Shown here in pieces: positions 34,524 to 41,593 of a DNA stretch of 41,593 nt (positions within the stretch are counted from its first letter, which is position 1; every line of letters starts with the position of its first letter). Source of the stretch: Vulcanimicrobiota bacterium (GTDB lineage Bacteria; Vulcanimicrobiota; SpSt-956; JAKJGF01). The DNA is taken from positions 1 through 41,593 of the forward strand of contig DAIOEN010000040.1 of the NCBI GenBank assembly GCA_036746235.1. The letters run 5' to 3'. The notes under the pieces are model-generated. The model did no database searches. It was not told where the DNA came from and worked only from the letters and a program-made list of their open reading frames with translations. The position numbers were made by a program, and so were the translations under genes.

Positions 34524-36617
34524 ATGGCCGGTGACATAAATACCAGATATGGAAATCTCCTTACAAATATTAAAACAGGACAGCTTAACAAAAAAACCTC
34601 TGTTGCAGATACTAAAGAAATTACTTCCGGTAATCAAACTCAAGAAACTTTTTTATCTTCCAGTAAAGATAAGAGTGATACAGAAATTTTTGATCTTGGT
34701 AAAAAGTTTAAAACAGAAGGTGCCGGTCAGGAAATTAAAATTTCAGACATTGCTGAAGAAACAAAAACTGATGGAGTAAAGCCGAAAAATATTCAGAAAC
34801 TGGAAGAATTACTTTCAAAGTCAGACCTGAACAATAACCATATAGGAGCTATGGGTGTCGGTATGGCAGGCATGGGAGCAGTGGCAGGAGCCTTAATGAG
34901 TTCTACAGGTATGCTCACCCCGGCAGGTGCAGGTGCTCTCCTGGGTGCTGCAGCAGGAATAGCAGCAGGATCACTGTTAAATAGACCGAATGACGGACAT
35001 TATGAAAACAGTAAAATAACAAAAAGCGGTGTGGAAGAGAAATTTACCCAGGACCGTCATAACGGTGCAGTAGATTATACAACAGACTATAATCTCCCTG
35101 ACGGAACAAAAATACATAAAGAATATCATGCTAAACCAAAAGAAAATAAACCTGTAACAGATATGGCTTCTCCACAGGGACTACAAAACTTTATTTTCGG
35201 AGGGCCAAAAGATATTTCCCAGTCCATAAGTGCAGTGGATAAAGAAGGAAATAAGCTGGATGCAAAAGTCGTAAAAGACGAAAAAACAGGTTCAGACCGT
35301 ATTCAGGTTGCAAACAGTAACGGCACCATTACAATGCTCGATCCATCCAATCTTGGATTTACTGTAACCTCCCAGACAACTCACAGCAACCTGTGGGATT
35401 TTCAGCAACCCACTAAACTTGAAAAAGCTATAGACTTTTTGACATCACCGGGTGCAGCAGTGGGAGGCCCTCTATCACAGATAGGACAAAAATCAGCATT
35501 AAATGGAATGTTTGGTGATAATAGAGTCTCTCTTCCAAGAGAAACGGAAAATACAGCTATGATAGAAACTGTTAATCCTGACGGAAGTATAGAACTCATA
35601 TTAAATGAAAGTTCAATTGCCGTTAAACACCGGGCAGATGACCCCTTGCATGCTGGTAAAAAAGTAGAAGAAAAAGCTCCTCAATATCATTCCTATACAA
35701 AAGTGAACATTTCTCCTGATGGAGAGACGAAAGTTGAGAAGGTTGAAGAGAATTATAATGTCAGGGTAAAAGACGGGCACCTGGTAAGTAAGAGAACCAA
35801 ATTTGCCGATGCACTCAACTCTTTAACTCAGGGTTCACTGGCTACTTCATTAAATACTGAAGGTGACTTTACTATTTCCAATACCAGTAAACCAGGTATA
35901 TTTGAAAAAATGGATCCCCTGGGAAGCCATATGAATAGATTACTGGATAACAGGGAGGTTAAACCTTTCGTAACACGCAGTCAGATGAAAGAAGCCCATA
36001 ATAATGCATTAGAAAGAAGAATCGAAGATGCCAGGAAAGATCTTTTAAACAATGAATATGTTCCTACATGGTCAGATTTTGCACAGGGTATGAAAGATGC
36101 AGAGAAAATGACAGGTAAAAAGATTGATGTAATTGGCTTCGATGCATGTCTTATGGCAGATGGAGAGAAAAAACCTGAAATTTTAGAGGCAAAAGGCTCT
36201 GATGGAACAATATATCTTGCAAGTACAGACGGGAAATTGAGAGCCCTTACGCCGGAAGGTGAGAAAAAGTGGTATTCTGATAAGAATTTCTTCGGAGGAA
36301 TAAGTGCCACACCTCTTCCGGACAAAGAAAATCTCTATGTTCTGGATAAAAAGAATACCCTTCACTGCCTGAAAGCAGGCAGCCACAGCGGTCTTGATGT
36401 ATGGGATACAGATATAAAAGGTGAAATAATAGGAGATCCTTCTATTGATAAAGACGGAAATATCAATATCCCTGTAAAAATGGAAGGTAAAACTGTTCAG
36501 AGAACAATCAACCCGAAAAACGGTATGGAAGTTAAATCAAGAATAGTTCACACTTCTGCTTCTGACAGACCGGAGAAAAAGTGGACTATGATGAATTATA
36601 TTTCTGATATAAGTTAG
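34524..36617 (+). CDS. Hypothetical large protein: Lys/Thr-rich N-terminus, glycine-zipper hydrophobic segment, central region with FDAC motif, C-terminal PQQ/BamB-like beta-propeller repeats
   Basis: GAMGVGMAGMGAVAGALMSSTGMLTPAGAGALLGAAAGIAAGSLL (glycine zipper); KIDVIGFDACLMADG (resembles the clan-CD Cys-peptidase catalytic motif; the His partner is not identified); repeats GTIYLASTDGKLRAL / NLYVLDKKNTLHCL. ATG at 34524 is preferred over GTG at 34515 on SD spacing. Confidence 0.55.
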   Translation: MAGDINTRYGNLLTNIKTGQLNKKTSVADTKEITSGNQTQETFLSSSKDKSDTEIFDLGKKFKTEGAGQEIKISDIAEETKTDGVKPKNIQKLEELLSKSDLNNNHIGAMGVGMAGMGAVAGALMSSTGMLTPAGAGALLGAAAGIAAGSLLNRPNDGHYENSKITKSGVEEKFTQDRHNGAVDYTTDYNLPDGTKIHKEYHAKPKENKPVTDMASPQGLQNFIFGGPKDISQSISAVDKEGNKLDAKVVKDEKTGSDRIQVANSNGTITMLDPSNLGFTVTSQTTHSNLWDFQQPTKLEKAIDFLTSPGAAVGGPLSQIGQKSALNGMFGDNRVSLPRETENTAMIETVNPDGSIELILNESSIAVKHRADDPLHAGKKVEEKAPQYHSYTKVNISPDGETKVEKVEENYNVRVKDGHLVSKRTKFADALNSLTQGSLATSLNTEGDFTISNTSKPGIFEKMDPLGSHMNRLLDNREVKPFVTRSQMKEAHNNALERRIEDARKDLLNNEYVPTWSDFAQGMKDAEKMTGKKIDVIGFDACLMADGEKKPEILEAKGSDGTIYLASTDGKLRALTPEGEKKWYSDKNFFGGISATPLPDKENLYVLDKKNTLHCLKAGSHSGLDVWDTDIKGEIIGDPSIDKDGNINIPVKMEGKTVQRTINPKNGMEVKSRIVHTSASDRPEKKWTMMNYISDIS

Positions 36618-36650
36618 ATAAATTAATATCGAATAGCTGTATTTAAAGAA

Positions 36651-36680
36651 AAATCTATGGTATTTCCATAGATTTTTTTT
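36651..36680 (+). terminator. Rho-independent terminator
   Basis: aaatctatgg-tattt-ccatagattt followed by TTTTT, 34 nt after the 36617 stop. Confidence 0.7.
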
Positions 36681-36761
36681 CTTCAAGAAGGAGTTACCCA
36701 TGAATTAGAGAAAACTTATAATAATTTTTTATAAAACAAAGGAAAGGAGTTTTATCTAATT

Positions 36762-39700
36762 ATGGTTAAACAAAAAATGGAGCCCTTTGACGGTAATACT
36801 GCAGCCAGTTATGTTGCTTATGCATTCAGTGAAGTGGCAGCAATATATCCGATTACGCCGTCATCTGTAATGGGCGAACTGGCAGACGAATGGGCTGCCC
36901 AGGGCAGAAAAAATATGTTCGAACAGGTTTTAAAGGTCGTTCAGATGCAGTCAGAAGGAGGAGCAGCAGGAGCAGTTCATGGTTCCCTCAGCGCAGGTGC
37001 CATGACTACAACCTATACAGCATCACAGGGACTGTTACTTATGTTCCCCAATATGTTCAAAATCGCAGGAGAAATGCTTCCCACAGTATTTCATGTATCT
37101 GCCCGTTCTCTTGCATGTCAATCACTGTCCATATTCGGAGATCATTCTGATGTTATGGCAGCAAGAGGTACAGGCTTTGCTTTAATGGCAGCAGGTTCTG
37201 TCCAGGAAACACTGGATCTTGCCATTGTGTCACATCTTGCCACTCTTAAATCAAAAGTGCCGTTTGTAAATTTCTTTGATGGTTTCAGAACATCTCATGA
37301 GATTATGAAGATTCATGTGCCGGAATATAAAGATATAAAAGATCTTTTAGAAATGGATTATATACTGGAATTCCGTGACAGAGCATTGAGACCTGACAAA
37401 CCCTATGCAAAAACAGGCGCACAGAATCCCGACGTTTATTTCCAGGGAAGAGAAACAAGCAATAAATATTATGAAGTTACACCTGCTATAGTCCAGGAAT
37501 ATATGGATAAAGTAGCTGAAAAATTCGGTCGTCACTATCACCTCTTTGATTATATAGGAGCAAAAGATGCAGAAAAGATAATTATTGCCATGGGCAGCGG
37601 CTGTGAAGCCATTGAAGAATGTGTAAATTATCTCACTAAAAAAGGAGAAAAGGTCGGTGCCATAAAAGTCAGACTCTACAGACCATTCTCCGTAGAAGCT
37701 CTTAAGAAAGCCATACCGGAAAGTGTAAAGAAAATAGCAGTCCTCGACAGAACAAAAGAACCGGGTTCCATAGGAGAACCTCTCTATCTTGACGTTAAAA
37801 CTGCTCTTTCTGATAAAAACCTTGTTATCATAGGAGGCCGTTACGGTCTTTCTTCAAAAGAATTTACACCGACTATGGTAAAAGCAGTATACGATCATCT
37901 CGACAATGAATGTTTCCATGACTTTACAGTAGGTATTACTGATGATGTAACACACAGATCCGTAAAGATAAGAGAAGAGATATCTGCGGAGCAAAAAGGA
38001 ATAGTAAGATGTAAATTCTGGGGTCTCGGTTCAGACGGAACTGTGAGTGCCAATAAAAACTCCATAAAAATTATCTGCGATCATACAGATATGTTCGGCC
38101 AGGCCTATTTCTCTTATGATTCAAAGAAATCAGGAGGCATTACAGTATCACATCTCCGTTTCGGGAAAGAGCCAATTCAGTCTACCTATTTACTTAAAGA
38201 AGTAGATTTTGTGGCATGTCATAACCCTGCCTATATAGGAAGATATGACCTTCTGGAAGGTATTGTTGAAGGAGGAACATTCCTTCTCAATTCCCCCTGG
38301 AAATCAGAAGAAGTATTTGACCATCTTACGGAAGATCTGCAGAAAACTATTATAGACAAAAAACTTAAGTTCTATAATATCGATGCCCTTAAGATTGCAG
38401 AAGAAGTAGGACTCGGCAACCGTATCAGTACTGTTATGCAGGCTGCCTTCTTCAAGATTTCAGGCGTTCTGGATGAAAAAGAAGCCATAGACCTTGTAAA
38501 AGGTGCCATCAAGAAAACCTTCAGCAAAAAAGGTGAAAATATTGTAAAAATGAACTGGGACTGTGTGGATAAAACATCAGAAGCCCTTGTTCAGGTTAAA
38601 GTTCCAGGAACTATTACAAAATCTGCAAAAGCACCAAAATTAATCCCTGATGATGCCATAGCTTTTGCCCATGATGTGATAGAACCGATTATGAGACTCA
38701 AGGGAGACGATATACCGGTATCTAAAATGCCTCTTGACGGGTATACTCCTACCGGCACAACCAGGCTGGAAAAAAGAGGTGTTGCACCTTTCGTGCCTCA
38801 CTGGATAGCAGAAAACTGTATACAGTGCAACCAGTGTTCCTATGTATGTCCTCACGCTACCATAAGGGCAAAACAGATTGATCCGGCAGATCTGAAAGAT
38901 GCTCCGGAAACGTTCAATACACTGAAATCTAACACCAAAAACACCAGAGATCTGAAATACAAAGTTCAGATCTATATAGAAGACTGTGTGGGATGCGGTT
39001 CCTGTGTCAATACATGTCCTGCAAAGACAAAAGCTCTTGAGCTGAAACTTCTTTCGGAAGAAAGAGAAAAAGGAGAAGCAAAGAATGCAGAATTCTTTGA
39101 CAGGCTCCCTGACAATGTAGTAGACGGTATTGATCCCGGTACACTTAAAGGCAGTCAGTTCCTGCAGCCACTCTTTGAATTTTCCGGAGCATGTGCCGGA
39201 TGTGGTGAAACTCCATATGTAAAACTTGTAACACAGTTATTCGGAGACAGAATGATTATCGCCAACGCAACAGGTTGTTCTTCCATTTACGGAGGAACCT
39301 TCCCGACCATTCCGTACTCTGTAACAAAATCCGGTAAAGGCCCTGCATGGGCAAATTCTCTCTTTGAAGACAATGCAGAATATGGCTTTGGTTTCCGTCT
39401 TGCTGTAAATGCAAACAGAAAACAGCTTGCCTTTAATGTGGATAAATTACTGGAAATCGGTACAACTCCTGCCCTTGAAGAAGTTCTAAAGAAGGGTAAA
39501 GAATTGTGGAAATCTGTAAATACTGAAGCAAAAGACAATGCTGAAAAGATAAAAGCATTACTTCCTGAAGCTTTAAAATCTGCAAAAAGCGAAAGTCTTC
39601 CTTTTATAAAGAAGGTTATAGAACTTCAGGATTATTTCGTTGACAAGAGTATCTGGGCTTTCGGCGGAGACGGATGGGCATATGATATAGGTTACGGCGG

Positions 39701-40292
39701 ACTTGACCATGTCCTGGCCTGTAATGAGAATGTAAATGTTCTCGTACTTGATACGGAAGTATATTCCAACACAGGCGGACAATCTTCCAAAGCAACACCT
39801 CTTGCATCGACGGCAAAATTTGCCACAGCAGGAAAGCGTACAGGCAAAAAAGATTTAGGTCTTATGGCAATGGCCTATGGTTATGTATATGTGGCTTCAA
39901 TTTCTATGGGAGCAAACAAAAACCAGACACTCAAGGCATTACTTGAGGCAGAATCCTATAACGGCCCGTCACTTGTTATTGCTTATTCGCCCTGTATCAA
40001 TCATGGCATTAATATGAGTAAACCACAGGAAGAACAGAGAATTGCCGTAGAATGCGGATACTGGCCACTTTACCGTTATGATCCCAGACTTGCCGCAGAG
40101 GGTAAAAATCCTCTTACATTCGAGTCAAAAGAACCAAAAGAAGCTTTCAGCACTTATCTAAAAAATGAAAACAGATACCAGACCCTGAAACGTATCTGCC
40201 CCGGGGAAGCTGACAGTCTCTTTGAAGCAGCAGAAAAAGATGCAAAGCGAAGATATGAATATTATAAAAAGCTTGCAGGGCTGCAGTATTAA
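36762..40292 (+). CDS. nifJ: Pyruvate:ferredoxin (flavodoxin) oxidoreductase, single-polypeptide form
   Basis: 1176 aa; two 4Fe-4S ferredoxin motifs (CIQCNQCSYVCP, CVGCGSCVNTCP); TPP-binding GDGWAYDIGYGGLDH; AGGAG SD. Confidence 0.95.
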   Translation: MVKQKMEPFDGNTAASYVAYAFSEVAAIYPITPSSVMGELADEWAAQGRKNMFEQVLKVVQMQSEGGAAGAVHGSLSAGAMTTTYTASQGLLLMFPNMFKIAGEMLPTVFHVSARSLACQSLSIFGDHSDVMAARGTGFALMAAGSVQETLDLAIVSHLATLKSKVPFVNFFDGFRTSHEIMKIHVPEYKDIKDLLEMDYILEFRDRALRPDKPYAKTGAQNPDVYFQGRETSNKYYEVTPAIVQEYMDKVAEKFGRHYHLFDYIGAKDAEKIIIAMGSGCEAIEECVNYLTKKGEKVGAIKVRLYRPFSVEALKKAIPESVKKIAVLDRTKEPGSIGEPLYLDVKTALSDKNLVIIGGRYGLSSKEFTPTMVKAVYDHLDNECFHDFTVGITDDVTHRSVKIREEISAEQKGIVRCKFWGLGSDGTVSANKNSIKIICDHTDMFGQAYFSYDSKKSGGITVSHLRFGKEPIQSTYLLKEVDFVACHNPAYIGRYDLLEGIVEGGTFLLNSPWKSEEVFDHLTEDLQKTIIDKKLKFYNIDALKIAEEVGLGNRISTVMQAAFFKISGVLDEKEAIDLVKGAIKKTFSKKGENIVKMNWDCVDKTSEALVQVKVPGTITKSAKAPKLIPDDAIAFAHDVIEPIMRLKGDDIPVSKMPLDGYTPTGTTRLEKRGVAPFVPHWIAENCIQCNQCSYVCPHATIRAKQIDPADLKDAPETFNTLKSNTKNTRDLKYKVQIYIEDCVGCGSCVNTCPAKTKALELKLLSEEREKGEAKNAEFFDRLPDNVVDGIDPGTLKGSQFLQPLFEFSGACAGCGETPYVKLVTQLFGDRMIIANATGCSSIYGGTFPTIPYSVTKSGKGPAWANSLFEDNAEYGFGFRLAVNANRKQLAFNVDKLLEIGTTPALEEVLKKGKELWKSVNTEAKDNAEKIKALLPEALKSAKSESLPFIKKVIELQDYFVDKSIWAFGGDGWAYDIGYGGLDHVLACNENVNVLVLDTEVYSNTGGQSSKATPLASTAKFATAGKRTGKKDLGLMAMAYGYVYVASISMGANKNQTLKALLEAESYNGPSLVIAYSPCINHGINMSKPQEEQRIAVECGYWPLYRYDPRLAAEGKNPLTFESKEPKEAFSTYLKNENRYQTLKRICPGEADSLFEAAEKDAKRRYEYYKKLAGLQY

Positions 40293-40388
40293 TCAGTAAT
40301 CAGTAACCAGTGATCAGTGACCAGTAAAATTCATTTACCGGTCACTGGTCACTGGTCACTGGTCACTGGTCACCGGTCACCGGTCACT
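40284..40388. repeat. Inverted heptamer arrays: (CAGTRAY)x6 - 11-nt spacer - (GGTCACY)x7, forming a long imperfect hairpin between PFOR and the dehydratase gene
   Basis: cagtatt..cagtaat cagtaac cagtgat cagtgac cagtaaa | attcatttacc | ggtcact x4 ggtcacc x2 ggtcact. The PFOR stop codon lies within the first unit; the false N-terminal extension of ORF 40317.. (…VTGHWSLVTGH…) comes from this array. Confidence 0.85.
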
Positions 40389-40394
40389 GATATT

Positions 40395-41534
40395 ATGATA
40401 AACAAAAACTTCTGGAAAAAAAAGAAAATTTTCTTAACAGGCCATACAGGTTTTAAAGGTTCATGGCTTTCTCTCTGGCTTTCTTCCCTTGGCGCAGAAA
40501 TAACAGGTTATGCTCTCAATCCTCCGACAGAACCGGCTTTATTCAATCTATGCCGGATTGATAAACTCGTTAATTCTATAATCTCTGATATAAGAGACAG
40601 AGATACATTGAAGGAAAAAATGATTGAATCAGAGCCTGATATAGTTATACACATGGCAGCACAGCCAATCGTGAGAGAATCCTATATAAATCCGGTTGAA
40701 ACCTATGAAATAAATGTCATGGGTACAGTAAATATGCTGGAAGCAGTAAGAGCCTGTAAGACTGTGAGAGCAGTCATAAATGTGACTACAGATAAATGCT
40801 ATGAAAATAAAGAATGGCCCTGGGGTTACAGAGAACATGACCCTTTATGCGGTTATGACCCCTATTCAAACAGCAAGTCCTGTTCGGAACTTGTAACAGT
40901 TTCCTACAGGAATTCCTTTTTCAATCAAAAAGATTATAAGTCTCATAAAGTAGGACTTGCTTCGGCAAGATCGGGGAATGTCATAGGCGGAGGAGACTGG
41001 GCTAAAGACAGACTCATACCTGATTGCATCAGAGCAATACTTGAGGGGAAAAAAATAATCATAAGAAATCCTGACTCTATAAGGCCATGGCAGCATGTGC
41101 TGGAACCTCTGAGCGGTTATATGGTAATGGCAGAAAAACTTTATAAAAATGGCTCTAAATATTCGGAAGGATGGAATTTCGGCCCTGATGATAATGATGC
41201 AAAATCTGTAGAGTGGATTGTAAAAAAAATATGTGAGAAATGGGGTCATGGAGCAACCTACCAGATAGACAAAGGTAAACATCCTCATGAAGCCCATTAT
41301 CTTAAACTGGACTGTTCAAAAGTAAAATCTCGCATCCGGTGGTATCCGCAATGGCATCTGGAAGAGGCTATAGACAGAATCATTGAATGGACACTGGCCT
41401 ATAAAGATAAAAAAGATTTAAGAGAAATATGCCTGAAACAGATAAAGGAATATTCTGATAATAAAAGAAAAAAGCAATATATGTTCAGTGGTTTTTTGAA
41501 AAGCATAGTAAATTCTAAGTACCGTAACAGATAA
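40395..41534 (+). CDS. rfbG: CDP-glucose 4,6-dehydratase (NAD-dependent epimerase/dehydratase family)
   Basis: True start MINKNFWKKKKIFLTGHTGFKGSWL (GxxGxxG at the N-terminus); catalytic YxxxK region; close similarity to RfbG/DdhB-type CDP-glucose dehydratases. Confidence 0.8.
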   Translation: MINKNFWKKKKIFLTGHTGFKGSWLSLWLSSLGAEITGYALNPPTEPALFNLCRIDKLVNSIISDIRDRDTLKEKMIESEPDIVIHMAAQPIVRESYINPVETYEINVMGTVNMLEAVRACKTVRAVINVTTDKCYENKEWPWGYREHDPLCGYDPYSNSKSCSELVTVSYRNSFFNQKDYKSHKVGLASARSGNVIGGGDWAKDRLIPDCIRAILEGKKIIIRNPDSIRPWQHVLEPLSGYMVMAEKLYKNGSKYSEGWNFGPDDNDAKSVEWIVKKICEKWGHGATYQIDKGKHPHEAHYLKLDCSKVKSRIRWYPQWHLEEAIDRIIEWTLAYKDKKDLREICLKQIKEYSDNKRKKQYMFSGFLKSIVNSKYRNR

Positions 41535-41593
41535 AATTGTATCCGTAAAAAGCTTCTGCCTGGCAGGCTCTGGAGAAGAAAAATTAGTTTTTT

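Noticed and set aside
34549-34779. Lys-rich 76-aa ORF in an alternative frame of the 34524..36617 gene
   Set aside because: It is an overlapping out-of-frame ORF within the low-complexity Lys/Thr-rich 5' region of a larger supported gene.
40317-40394. N-terminal extension of the dehydratase ORF (MTSKIHLPVTGHWSLVTGHRSPVTD…)
   Set aside because: This is translation of the (GGTCACY)n array. The conserved NAD-binding N-terminus starts at the internal ATG at 40395 (MINKNFWKKKKIFLTGHTGFKGS).
1-41593. Mobile element genes, rRNA/tRNA genes, prophage structural genes
   Set aside because: No transposase, integrase, tRNA cloverleaf or rRNA-like sequence was recognisable on either strand. The only candidate mobile DNA is the non-autonomous repeat/MITE-like material.

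Overview
This is an AT-rich bacterial chromosomal window (roughly one-third GC by eye) with about 27 protein-coding genes and no rRNA, tRNA, CRISPR array or transposase/integrase that I can see. Gene content points to an anaerobe (pyruvate:ferredoxin oxidoreductase, radical-SAM enzymes); I cannot place it taxonomically from sequence alone. Left to right it contains: a partial TPR/FGE-sulfatase-like gene; an OmpR-type two-component system plus a CheY-like regulator; an extracytoplasmic Lon-like (S16) protease lipoprotein; a putative defence cluster (HD-domain dNTPase-like protein, a fused PD-(D/E)xK nuclease/DinG-XPD helicase, an AbiEi/AbiEii pair); a long minus-strand unit of sensor kinase, sigma-54 activator, a -24/-12 promoter, a Cys-rich small protein, a Ser/Thr kinase with beta-propeller and three minor-pilin genes; a papain-like(?) protein with a B12-binding radical-SAM enzyme; a beta-helix lipoprotein; a bacterial major vault protein (MVP) homolog; then housekeeping genes lepA, hemW-like, glgC, a glycine-zipper/beta-propeller protein, PFOR (nifJ) and a CDP-glucose 4,6-dehydratase. 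Nearly every intergenic region carries tandem heptanucleotide repeats of three families (CGTRAYG, CAGTGAC/GTCACTG, CTCACYW), sometimes combined with GC hairpins into composite MITE/BIME-like elements; these create several false ORFs and false ORF extensions in the six-frame track. The items most worth follow-up are the MVP homolog, the nuclease-helicase/HD/AbiE cluster, the sigma-54-driven small-protein/kinase/pilin unit, the duplicated ~80-bp element upstream of the S16 lipoprotein and MVP genes, and the repeat system itself.
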